Shown piece after piece: positions 41,646 through 50,759 of a DNA stretch of 64,000 bases. The position numbers and the translations under genes are program-made. The notes below the pieces were generated by a model, which saw nothing but the letters and a program-made list of their open reading frames with translations, had not been told where the DNA came from and made no database searches. Every line of letters begins with the position of its first letter. Position 1 is the first letter of the stretch. This DNA comes from Ignavibacteriales bacterium (GTDB taxonomy: Bacteria > Bacteroidota > Ignavibacteria > T3Sed10-11): positions 7,042-71,041 of the forward strand of contig PWXV01000009.1 of assembly GCA_003568415.1 (NCBI GenBank). The letters are read 5' to 3'.

Positions 41646-42110
41646 TTATTTTTTCGAATTTCGCATTTCCACGGTAACCACTGTTCCTTCAGCACAAACC
41701 GTATCATCGACGTTAAGCTGAATAGTAACAATTACTTTGCGGTCGGTAATTTCTCTGACCTGTCCTGTTAAATATAACTCCTTTCCGATTGGTGTCGGTT
41801 TTTTATAATCAACCTGCAGGGACGCTGTTACAAACCGGGGGGCACCATCAGCAGCCGGATTAATCCCTCGTTTATCTGCCATCGCAGCAGATGCTGTACC
41901 TGTCCCGTGACAGTCAATGAGGGATGCTATTAATCCGCCATACACATAGTCTGGCAGGGCGGTATGATATTCTTTGGGAGTAAAGCGGGCTGTTGATTTC
42001 TTTCCATCCCAGTATGTTTTCAGTTGATGGCCATATTCGTTACGATGCCCGCAGCCAAAACAATAGCTGACATCTTCAGGATAATAATTCTGAATTGGTG
42101 CGTTGCTCAT
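41646..42110 (-). CDS. hotdog-fold (PaaI/4HBT-like) thioesterase with N-terminal CxxC
   Basis: 154 aa. Contains CFGCGHRN and VYGGLIASLIDCHG, followed by the typical hotdog beta-sheet pattern. Confidence 0.7.
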   Translation of the reverse strand: MSNAPIQNYYPEDVSYCFGCGHRNEYGHQLKTYWDGKKSTARFTPKEYHTALPDYVYGGLIASLIDCHGTGTASAAMADKRGINPAADGAPRFVTASLQVDYKKPTPIGKELYLTGQVREITDRKVIVTIQLNVDDTVCAEGTVVTVEMRNSKK

Positions 42111-42153
42111 ATTCTCATTACTCCAGTGTTATGAATGATTATTTCGTTTGTTT

Positions 42154-42975
42154 TCAATTTCCGGTAAACGTATCCATTGCCGAGTCAATACCGAAAAATG
42201 TCACGACTGCATCGAACCAGGTAACGGGAAGATATCGGATTAACCATACAAGATACACAAATCGCGGTAGAATAAGTCGCGCTCTTTTTTTACCAATTGC
42301 TTTCATTATTCTGTCTGCAACATATTCTTCCTTCAGTATCGGTAAAATAAACGGGAAACGGGTTTGTACTCCTCTAAACATTCCGGTATCGATAAAATAA
42401 GGACATACCACAGTGGTGGAAACATTTTTCTTTAATTTCTTCATTTCAAAGCGGAGTGATTCGTCAAATCCGAATGCCGCAGATTTACTGCTGCTATAAC
42501 CGACCAACCGTTGGGTGCCAATCAAAGCGGCAGCTGAAGCAATGGTTACAACATGCCCGTCATTAGCTTCAACCATATCAGGCAGGAAAGCTTTCACCGT
42601 CCAGAAATGAGAAAGAAAGTTCACATTCATTGTTCGCAGCAATTCTTCATCGGTACAATCGAGAAACAATTTTCCGGTGGTCACCCCGGCATTGTTAATA
42701 AGTATGTCGATTTTTCCAATCTCCCCTTTTACTTTTTCTGCCGTTGAATACACTTTTTGCCGATCAGTTACATCACAATTGTATGCATATACGTCACTTT
42801 TGTATTGTGCTACTTCGGTCGCTACAGACTTAAGTTTTTCATCATTAACATCCCACAAAACTACTTTAGCACCATATTTGCTTGACTTAAGCGCCAATAA
42901 CCGGCCAATTCCGCTTGCTGCTCCCGTAATCAATATTCTTTTAGATCGAAAATATTCCATAGTCGTAATTTCCAT
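42154..42975 (-). CDS. classical short-chain dehydrogenase/reductase (retinol/17beta-HSD-like)
   Basis: 273 aa. Contains ILITGAASGIGR, NNAG and YSSSKSA, plus a hydrophobic C-terminal tail. Confidence 0.85.
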   Translation of the reverse strand: MEITTMEYFRSKRILITGAASGIGRLLALKSSKYGAKVVLWDVNDEKLKSVATEVAQYKSDVYAYNCDVTDRQKVYSTAEKVKGEIGKIDILINNAGVTTGKLFLDCTDEELLRTMNVNFLSHFWTVKAFLPDMVEANDGHVVTIASAAALIGTQRLVGYSSSKSAAFGFDESLRFEMKKLKKNVSTTVVCPYFIDTGMFRGVQTRFPFILPILKEEYVADRIMKAIGKKRARLILPRFVYLVWLIRYLPVTWFDAVVTFFGIDSAMDTFTGN

Positions 42976-43047
42976 GTAATTCTGTAATAATTTTTGTAAA
43001 TTTAAGAAAATTCTTAATAACTTACACCTTCAACATACAATTCAAAA

Positions 43048-44427
43048 ATGATGAAAACAATAATTGAACCATTTCGCATTAAAACAGTAGAACCTATTCG
43101 CTTTACTACCGAAGAAGAACGGGAGAACATTCTTAAAGAAGCCGGATATAATCCTTTCCTCTTTCACGCCGACGATGTTTTAATAGATCTCCTTACAGAC
43201 AGCGGGACTGCCGCAATGAGTGCAAAACAATGGTCGGGTATTATGGACGGCGATGAGTCGTATGCAGGAGCACGAAGTTTTTATAGATTTGAAAATGCAG
43301 TAAGGGATATCACCGGATATACTTTCATTATACCGACGCACCAGGGAAGAGCGGCAGAAAAAATACTTTTTACTATCCTCGGCAAAGAAGGTAAATCGAT
43401 TCCGAACAATACTCACTTTGATACCACACGCGCCAATATCGAATATTCGGGAGCTGAAGCTGTAGACCTTGTCATAGAAGAGGGGAAGGACCCGAATTCA
43501 CTGCACCCGTTTAAAGGAAATATGGACATTAATAAACTGGAAAAGTTCATACAAGAGACCGGCGCTGAAAACATTCCTATCGGTATGATGACGGTAACTA
43601 ACAATGCCGGCGGCGGACAACCGGTATCAATGGAAAATCTCAGGGAGGTACGTGATGTCTTTCACAAGTATAACATTCCGTTCTTCCTGGACGCTTGCAG
43701 ATTCGCGGAAAATGCATATTTCATTAAACTGAGAGAGAAGGGGTACGGAGACAAATCAGTTAAAGAAATTGCACAGGAAATGTTCTCACTTGCCGACGGG
43801 TGTACTATGAGCGCCAAGAAGGATGCTTTGGTAAACATGGGGGGATTCATAGCAATGAACGACGAAAAGCTTGCCCAGCTTTCGAGGAACATACTTATCG
43901 TAACGGAGGGATTTCCGACGTACGGAGGACTTGCAGGAAGAGATCTGGAAGCTATAGCGCAGGGTCTGGAAGAAGTTGTCGATGAACATTATCTGCGTTA
44001 CCGGCTGCGTTCGGTGGAATATCTTGGCGAAAAACTGATTGATGCAGGAGTACCCATTTTACAACCTCCGGGCGGGCACGCAATCTATATCAATGCAAAA
44101 GAATTTACTCCACATATACCTCCCGAACATTTTCCGGGACAGGCCCTTGTGTGTGAGTTATTTCGCTTCGGTGGAATACGTGCCGTTGAAATCGGCAGCG
44201 TAATGTTCGGGAAGCACGATAAGAAAACGGGAGCATTTATACCGGCCTCAATGGAGCTTGTCCGGCTTGCAATTCCCCGAAGAGTATATACACAAAGTCA
44301 CATCGATTATGTGGTCGAAGTCATCATTGAGATATTTAAAAGAAGGGAGGCATTGTGTGGTTACAAAATCACGTATGAAGCTCCGATGCTTCGTCACTTT
44401 ACTGCATTATTTGAACCGATTACATAA
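43048..44427 (+). CDS. tnaA: beta-eliminating lyase (tryptophanase / tyrosine phenol-lyase family)
   Basis: 459 aa. Contains EPFRIKTVEP, DLLTDSGTAAMS, TVTNNAGGGQPVSM and SAKKDALVN (PLP lysine). Trp versus Tyr specificity cannot be told by eye. Confidence 0.85.
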   Translation: MMKTIIEPFRIKTVEPIRFTTEEERENILKEAGYNPFLFHADDVLIDLLTDSGTAAMSAKQWSGIMDGDESYAGARSFYRFENAVRDITGYTFIIPTHQGRAAEKILFTILGKEGKSIPNNTHFDTTRANIEYSGAEAVDLVIEEGKDPNSLHPFKGNMDINKLEKFIQETGAENIPIGMMTVTNNAGGGQPVSMENLREVRDVFHKYNIPFFLDACRFAENAYFIKLREKGYGDKSVKEIAQEMFSLADGCTMSAKKDALVNMGGFIAMNDEKLAQLSRNILIVTEGFPTYGGLAGRDLEAIAQGLEEVVDEHYLRYRLRSVEYLGEKLIDAGVPILQPPGGHAIYINAKEFTPHIPPEHFPGQALVCELFRFGGIRAVEIGSVMFGKHDKKTGAFIPASMELVRLAIPRRVYTQSHIDYVVEVIIEIFKRREALCGYKITYEAPMLRHFTALFEPIT

Positions 44428-44435
44428 ACAAGCGT

Positions 44436-45146
44436 ATGACTGATCTGCAAAAATGCCCGGTTTGTAAAACAGAAAATCCAAAACTGAACGTTACGTGTAG
44501 TTCCTGTGGAGGATATATACAGGATCGTGTAGCTTCACTTGATCTGTTTCATACCTTGTGGATGTTAATTGAATCGCCGGCAACAGCAATGCAGCGTATC
44601 ATTCTTGCACAGCAGAAAAATTATATATATTTACTGCAAATACTTTTCGGATTTGCATATGTTTCTTTTATTTTCTGGTTTGCCAACATTGGATTGCTGA
44701 TTGATGATTTACAGGTCATTCTTGCACTAATTCTGCTCCTCGGTCCGTTCGCAGGTATAACATTGATCCTCGTACTTTCAATATTCGCGATGCTTTTAAT
44801 TCGGATACAAAATATATCGATTTCTTATCGAAATGTTCGTGCAATTATTTCGTATGCAGGATTTCCCATCATTGTATCTGTGGTGTTCGTTTTCCCGGCT
44901 GAGGTCGGAATTTTCGGCATGTATTTATTTACTAACGATCCTTCACCGTTTACTGTAAATCCATTGGTATATGGAATGATATTGGGGCTGGATGTGTTAT
45001 TTATATTCTGGTCAATAGCATTGCTCTTTATTGCTCTGAAGGTATTGTCGGGAAGAATTAAGCCGGCAGTCGCCGTTACGATTATACTTATAATTATTGC
45101 ATTGTTGCCGGTTATAGCGATAACTTCAATCGTTTCACTCTATTGA
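44436..45146 (+). CDS. multi-pass membrane protein with N-terminal zinc ribbon (Yip1-like)
   Basis: 236 aa. CPVCKTENPKLNVTCSSCGG followed by about 5 hydrophobic helices. Confidence 0.45.
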   Translation: MTDLQKCPVCKTENPKLNVTCSSCGGYIQDRVASLDLFHTLWMLIESPATAMQRIILAQQKNYIYLLQILFGFAYVSFIFWFANIGLLIDDLQVILALILLLGPFAGITLILVLSIFAMLLIRIQNISISYRNVRAIISYAGFPIIVSVVFVFPAEVGIFGMYLFTNDPSPFTVNPLVYGMILGLDVLFIFWSIALLFIALKVLSGRIKPAVAVTIILIIIALLPVIAITSIVSLY

Positions 45147-45541
45147 AAAAATATATGAAAATTTCCCGTGATGAATTCGAAGCTCTTGTCGAAGATGCAT
45201 TGCATAAACTTCCTCATCATTTTAAGAAGGCATTAGATAACGTTGAAATAATTGTGCAGGATATGCCTGATGACGAAGATCTGGGGCGTGCAGGGGCTTC
45301 CGAGCGGCGGTCTTTGCTTGGCCTCTATACCGGAGTACCGTTGACCGAACGAGGTTACTGGTATGGTATGACGCCGGTAATGCCGGATCGTATACAGATT
45401 TTCCAACAAAATATCGAGCGAATTTGCAAAACCAAAGATGAACTGAAATATCAGGTGTTTACAACGGTATTCCACGAGCTTGGCCATTATTTTGGTATGA
45501 ATGAGGATGAAATACGGGCTGCTATGGATGACTATATATGA
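45143..45541 (+). CDS. zincin-like small metallopeptidase family protein (DUF1025-type)
   Basis: 132 aa. Contains LLGLYTGVPLTER and HELGHYFG. TTG at 45143 or ATG at 45155. Confidence 0.7.
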   Translation: MKKYMKISRDEFEALVEDALHKLPHHFKKALDNVEIIVQDMPDDEDLGRAGASERRSLLGLYTGVPLTERGYWYGMTPVMPDRIQIFQQNIERICKTKDELKYQVFTTVFHELGHYFGMNEDEIRAAMDDYI

Positions 45542-45652
45542 TTATATTACATAAATAAAAAATAATAATTTACCACTGTGGTAGTTGATATTTAACAAAA
45601 TATTATTATATTCAGAATAATAAGTCTTTTATTACTACTATATTGAATCACA

Positions 45653-46144
45653 ATGGCACAACCGGCAATTCGACAGATAGACCCTATCGCAGTGTTCATC
45701 CAGGAGCACGAAGAAGTACTATTACATCTTCGTACCCTCAATAAAATTGCTGCGTCAATAAAAGAAAAGGGGGTTGACGACGAATTATTAAAAACTCTCG
45801 ACCAGTCGATGGAATTTATAAAAGAAGAGGTTGAAGTGCATAACAAAAGGGAGGAAGAGGCACTTTTTCCGGTTGTCGAACGATATGTCGACGGTCCGAC
45901 AAGATCTCTTAAAGACGACCACCAACATTTAGCCCGCCATTTCGAGACGTTGCAAGATGCAGCCCATGCTATTACAATAAACAAAAATGATCAGGAAGCT
46001 ATACAACAATTTTTACTCATTGCCCGGACTATTGTCCAGATTATGGTTAATCATATTCATAAAGAAAATCACATCCTCTTTCCAATGCTGCAGCGCTTCC
46101 TGACCAAAGACGAACTCAGAGAGGTAACCCGGAAATTGATATAA
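45653..46144 (+). CDS. hemerythrin-domain protein
   Basis: 163 aa. Repeated H..E / HNKREEEALFP / HIHKENHILFP cation-binding motifs. Confidence 0.65.
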   Translation: MAQPAIRQIDPIAVFIQEHEEVLLHLRTLNKIAASIKEKGVDDELLKTLDQSMEFIKEEVEVHNKREEEALFPVVERYVDGPTRSLKDDHQHLARHFETLQDAAHAITINKNDQEAIQQFLLIARTIVQIMVNHIHKENHILFPMLQRFLTKDELREVTRKLI

Positions 46145-46147
46145 TTT

Positions 46148-48007
46148 TTAATTCCGGGATTCAAGCTCTACTTCAAGCGTCATTTCTTCGCCATCGCGCT
46201 CGATCACCACACTCACAACATCACCCGGACTGAAATCACTTAACGCATACGTATAATCGTAGACATTTTCAACTGCCTTATCACCAAACTTTATAATAAC
46301 ATCTCCTGATTTGAGACCTGCTTTTTCTGCAGGAGAATTAGAACGAACCTCCGTAATTTTCATACCACCCGACTCCCCGACTAAGTCCGGCATTGTTCCG
46401 ACATAAACGCTGATATTCCCCATCCCGCTTTGCGGGCGAGGGGAATCCGCTCTTGTAAATGCAATCTGTTCTTGATACGTAGTGAGTGTGCGAGCAATGT
46501 CGTATACGTAATTAACTATTCGTTCCATTCCCTCATAATTTATCTTATCTGCAGTATCGGTAGGACGATGATAGTCGCCGTGAAGTCCTGTATGGAAAAA
46601 CAATACCGGTATATCATTTCGATAAAATGAGGCATGGTCGCTCGGTCCCAAGCCATCGGGATTTGTACGGACAGAAAAGTTATCGTAATACGCTGATGAT
46701 TCTATCAGGTCATCCCATATCGGTGAAGTCCCGACTCCAAATATCGTCAACTCATCGTTTTGTAAGCGTCCGATCATATCGAGATTGATCATAGCTGCGG
46801 TTTGTTCATTCGGGATATAAGGGTTTTCGACGTAGTGTCGTGAACCGATCAGACCGAGTTCTTCCGCCCCGAATGCCATAAAAAGTATGCTCCGGTCGAT
46901 TTCATCACGGTTTGCTGCAAACTTTTGAGCAAGTTCAAGCATTCCGGCAGTGCCAGAGGCATTATCATCGGCACCATAGTGTATTGCATGTTCATTAGGT
47001 GCCATAGAGCCCTGGCCGCCCCAGCCAAGGTGATCGTAATGTGCACCGATAACAATAACCTGCTGTTTCTTTTCAGGATGATTGCCCGGAAGATATCCCA
47101 TAACGTTTTGATCGGTTGAAGTTACCGTGTAGAGATCGGTTTGGATGCTTGCTGTTATTCCATTTATAGCAAAAGAATTAGGCTCCCGTGTTTCAAGGAG
47201 CTTATTGTATAAATCATCAACGGTATATTCTGTATCCTGTAACAGCTTGTTTGCTACCGCCGGTGTAACATTAACCACCGGCAATCCTGAGCGTGCCGGG
47301 TTGCGGTCGTCACGGATACGCATGAGTGATTCTTCACCATCGGTTGGTTGGGTTATTATTATGAATCCCTCAGCTCCCGATTCGCGCGCTGCAAATGTTT
47401 TATTTCTGGGAGTAGCATATTGATTGAGAATACCATGGGGATCATTGATATCCGGAGATCCCTGAAATACAAGAGCTATTTTACCGTCAAGTGAAATATC
47501 CCCATAATCATCATATTCATCGCTCGATGCTGAAATACCAAATCCGGCAAATACCAACTCCCCGGAAACAGAACCACTTGATGAAAATGGCAATGTCTTA
47601 AAATCCTGATCCGGTGTTAGTGATATTTCATCACCATTGATCGATACAATGAGTGTGTTATCCTCACCGTATTCTATGCCGGATGAAAACTCAAATGGCT
47701 GCAGGTAGTCTTCATATTCACCCACACTGCTTACATCGGGGTGGGGATATAGCCCATACGAAATAAACTCTTCAGCAATATATTGAGCTGCCTGATATGC
47801 TCCCGGTGTACCTGCCCGCCTCCCTTCAAGTTCCTCCGAAGCAAGATAGTGAACGTGGTATGACAGCTCATCTTTTGTTATAGTAGTATTTCGTTGAATA
47901 TCGGTTTCATCACCTTGTAGAAGAAATACTGTTGCGATCACAATCAATGAGAAGATCGATATTATTTTTTTTGAATGCATACGATAACTCCTTTTTAACT
48001 CACTCAA
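46148..48007 (-). CDS. M28 aminopeptidase with PA domain and C-terminal PDZ domain
   Basis: 619 aa. Contains GAHYDHLG, ADDNASGTAGMLE and FGAEELGLIGS. The C-terminal GMKITEVRSNSPAEKAGLKSGDVII... is PDZ-like. Confidence 0.75.
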   Translation of the reverse strand: MSELKRSYRMHSKKIISIFSLIVIATVFLLQGDETDIQRNTTITKDELSYHVHYLASEELEGRRAGTPGAYQAAQYIAEEFISYGLYPHPDVSSVGEYEDYLQPFEFSSGIEYGEDNTLIVSINGDEISLTPDQDFKTLPFSSSGSVSGELVFAGFGISASSDEYDDYGDISLDGKIALVFQGSPDINDPHGILNQYATPRNKTFAARESGAEGFIIITQPTDGEESLMRIRDDRNPARSGLPVVNVTPAVANKLLQDTEYTVDDLYNKLLETREPNSFAINGITASIQTDLYTVTSTDQNVMGYLPGNHPEKKQQVIVIGAHYDHLGWGGQGSMAPNEHAIHYGADDNASGTAGMLELAQKFAANRDEIDRSILFMAFGAEELGLIGSRHYVENPYIPNEQTAAMINLDMIGRLQNDELTIFGVGTSPIWDDLIESSAYYDNFSVRTNPDGLGPSDHASFYRNDIPVLFFHTGLHGDYHRPTDTADKINYEGMERIVNYVYDIARTLTTYQEQIAFTRADSPRPQSGMGNISVYVGTMPDLVGESGGMKITEVRSNSPAEKAGLKSGDVIIKFGDKAVENVYDYTYALSDFSPGDVVSVVIERDGEEMTLEVELESRN

Positions 48008-49058
48008 CCCAGTCTGCTAAAAACACATTAATTTCACGAGTCGCCTGAGCATTGCGACCTGAGGCCCACACAAGTGTTGTTCCGTCATTTGAAAATACCG
48101 GAAAACCGTCGAATGATTCGTTATAAGTTATTTGTTGTAAATTTGTTCCATCGGTATTGATCATGTAAAGATTAAATATTCTGCCCTCCGGATCACCGTA
48201 ATTAGATGAGAAAATAATTCGCTGCCCATCCGGATGAAAGAAAGGGGCAAAACTCGCTGCACCGAGATCGGTGACCTGACGTATGTTCGATCCATCCGCA
48301 TCCATTACATAAACCTCAAGGCGCATCGGTCGCAGCATACGATCTTCCATCAGCCGATTGTAATCTTCAATTTCTTTCTCGGTCTCGGGATAATTTGCCC
48401 TGTATACAATATGCTCTCCGTCAAGAGAATAAAATGCTCCGCCTTCGTAACCTTTCCTGTCGGTCAATTTACGGAGATCGCTGCCATCAAGATTCATAGT
48501 ATATAAAGCCGGATCACCGTCACGCAGCGATGTGAAAATGATTCGGTCTCCGGTCGGTGAAACGGTAGCTTCGGCATCATACATAGGACTGCTGGTAAGT
48601 GTTTTAACAATAGTACCGTCGGTCCGTGCAAGATAAATATCGAACTCATCATATAATTTCCAGACATAACCGCGTGACCGGTCAACAGGAGGGGGACAAT
48701 CATCGGATGCGGCATGTGTGGAAGAATATAAAATTAAACTATCTCCCGGCAGAAAGTATGCGCAGGTGGTTCGTCCTTTCCCCGTACTGATAAGTTCCAC
48801 ATTAGAACCATCAAGATCCATGGTGTAAATCTGATCGCATTCAAAATCGTCACGTGTTGATTGAAATACCAATTGATCCTGGTCGAAGGAGAAATATGCC
48901 TCGGCGTTTGTGCCGCCGAAGGTCAATTGCCTGACATTCTGTATGTGTTGTTCTCCCTCAAATCGAAGGGGGGAATCGACCGGATCGGTTGAAGTAATGG
49001 TTGTTAGCAAACCAATTGTAATAACAACAAATAATGACCAGAGTGCAATTTGTTTCAT
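48000..49058 (-). CDS. PD40/TolB-like beta-propeller protein
   Basis: 352 aa with a signal peptide. Repeated DGS/DGT...I.F.S blade motifs. 8-nt overlap with the M28-PDZ gene. Confidence 0.7.
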   Translation of the reverse strand: MKQIALWSLFVVITIGLLTTITSTDPVDSPLRFEGEQHIQNVRQLTFGGTNAEAYFSFDQDQLVFQSTRDDFECDQIYTMDLDGSNVELISTGKGRTTCAYFLPGDSLILYSSTHAASDDCPPPVDRSRGYVWKLYDEFDIYLARTDGTIVKTLTSSPMYDAEATVSPTGDRIIFTSLRDGDPALYTMNLDGSDLRKLTDRKGYEGGAFYSLDGEHIVYRANYPETEKEIEDYNRLMEDRMLRPMRLEVYVMDADGSNIRQVTDLGAASFAPFFHPDGQRIIFSSNYGDPEGRIFNLYMINTDGTNLQQITYNESFDGFPVFSNDGTTLVWASGRNAQATREINVFLADWVE

Positions 49059-49141
49059 GTCGAATAACCCTCAATTACTTGTAATAGTCCTGGTTGGATT
49101 ATTACAATATACATTAAAAATCCTATTAGTTTCAACCATTT

Positions 49142-49693
49142 TCATTGAAGATTTCGCAATGCTTCTTTCAGCGCAATAAAGTCGCTGTCATCGGCCACAC
49201 TGTATTCCATATCTTTGTATGCAATCCGGCCGTCCTTATCGATAACAAATACGCTTCGGGTGTTAAATCCACGTTCCTCATTATAACTGTTGTACATTTT
49301 TCCGACTTCGTGGAAATGATCGCTCAATAATTTGAATGGAAAATTTTCCTGTTTTGCCCAGGCATGATGGGAAAAAACATAATCGCCGCTAATACCGAGA
49401 ATTGTGGCATCAAGATCCCGTAATGCTGAAAAATTATCCCGATAAGAACAAAGTTGTTCAGTACAACCGCCGCTCCAGTTAGCGGGGTAAAATGCAAGCA
49501 CAATAAAGGATTCTCCAATAATATCGGATAACCGTATGCCATCCCAAACAATCTCATCCTTTGTGGCATAGGGAAGTATAAAATCAGGTGCTTCAGCTCC
49601 TACTTCCAGAGAACCATTCAAATTAATGGCATTGGATGAAATAGATACTACCAGTCCCAGTATACACACCACGATACCGATTCGAGTCACCAT
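49142..49693 (-). CDS. exported peroxiredoxin/redoxin-family protein (Bcp-like)
   Basis: 183 aa. Signal-like N-terminus and LAFYPANWSGGCTEQLC active-site region. Confidence 0.7.
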   Translation of the reverse strand: MVTRIGIVVCILGLVVSISSNAINLNGSLEVGAEAPDFILPYATKDEIVWDGIRLSDIIGESFIVLAFYPANWSGGCTEQLCSYRDNFSALRDLDATILGISGDYVFSHHAWAKQENFPFKLLSDHFHEVGKMYNSYNEERGFNTRSVFVIDKDGRIAYKDMEYSVADDSDFIALKEALRNLQ

Positions 49694-49874
49694 TTCCGTC
49701 TCTCCTTAAAATTTTAACAATAGTAAATTATTTTTATATGCATAAAACAGTTCGTATGAAAATAAAGTTCTAAAAAATCAAAAACTTATGGAACCCGAAA
49801 AATGTTTATGGTGTTTCTCAGATAAGTAACTCTTTATTTCCAATTTAAAAAACGCTATATTTTCAGGAGAGTCT

Positions 49875-50228
49875 ATGAGATCATTTGCTGTAATTCCGGT
49901 AGTCCTTGGATTTTTATTTCTCATCGGCTGCGGTGGTGAGGAGCGGACCGAAGATGTCAAGGCAATAAATCAAAAAACCGAGACAATTGCTGTCGAAACG
50001 ATTCAATGTCAGATGTGTGTAGCATATGTGCAGCAAGCTGCTGCAGGTGTTCAGGGTGTGGATGGAATCAATATAAATTTTGACACCAAGATTGCAACAG
50101 TAAGCTTTAATGCCGATTACACATCATTGTCGGAAATCGAAAAAGCAATAGCGAAAGCCGGTTATCACGCAAATGAGACAAAGCGTGATGAAGAAGCATA
50201 TGTTAACCTGCCGGATTGCTGCCGGTAA
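49875..50228 (+). CDS. heavy-metal-associated (HMA) domain lipoprotein
   Basis: 117 aa. Lipobox LFLIGC, the CQMC metal site in a beta-alpha-beta-beta-alpha-beta pattern, and a C-terminal LPDCCR. Confidence 0.75.
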   Translation: MRSFAVIPVVLGFLFLIGCGGEERTEDVKAINQKTETIAVETIQCQMCVAYVQQAAAGVQGVDGININFDTKIATVSFNADYTSLSEIEKAIAKAGYHANETKRDEEAYVNLPDCCR

Positions 50229-50239
50229 AATAAGTTTTT

Positions 50240-50273
50240 AATGTCCGGAACCGAAACGTTCCGGACATTTTTA
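50240..50273 (+). terminator. rho-independent terminator after the HMA gene
   Basis: Perfect 12-bp stem AATGTCCGGAAC / GTTCCGGACATT, a 6-nt loop, then TTTTT. Confidence 0.7.
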
Positions 50274-50334
50274 TCAGAATAGAATATTAAAATTTTATAA
50301 CATTTTGCTAAAAATAATTCATATATACGGTCGT

Positions 50335-50676
50335 ATGCCGCGAAGCACAATATACTTGCTTGCGATTCTTCTATTAATCAGTATGGGAGGTGCTTTTCAT
50401 TCCCATGAGGCACATTACAATGCTTCAGACAACGATCAGATCGTATATATAACCGCTCATCACTGCAATGATCACACCAATCATCCGGATATTGAACATC
50501 ACAACTACTGTCAACAATGTTCCCGGGTTGTTACCTCATCAATAAGTGAATGCACAATAAGTAAAATCGGGGATATTGTCGTTGTCAATGAGTTACCCGC
50601 ATACACTCATATCGACACATTTGATCAAGAATATCTACTATTATCCGAACCCCGGTCACCTCCTCATTTAAGTTAA
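50335..50676 (+). CDS. small membrane-anchored His/Cys-rich protein (DUF2946-like in layout)
   Basis: ATG at 50335 (the track ORF starts at TTG 50305). One N-terminal hydrophobic helix, then nine His and three Cys within 41 residues (HSHEAHY...AHHCNDHTNHPDIEHHNYCQQC). Confidence 0.4.
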   Translation: MPRSTIYLLAILLLISMGGAFHSHEAHYNASDNDQIVYITAHHCNDHTNHPDIEHHNYCQQCSRVVTSSISECTISKIGDIVVVNELPAYTHIDTFDQEYLLLSEPRSPPHLS

Positions 50677-50759
50677 CTCTCAGATTACCTTACAAATCAC
50701 AGTTTAAGTCAATAGATCGATAAAGCATCAAAAAATGCAGAAATGAGACTGCATTACGT

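Noticed and set aside
49085-49125. Hairpin TTGTAATA...TATTACAA between the peroxiredoxin and PD40 genes as a terminator
   Set aside because: The 8-bp stem is AT-only, has a 13-nt loop and has no downstream U-run on the transcribed (minus) strand. That is too weak to call.
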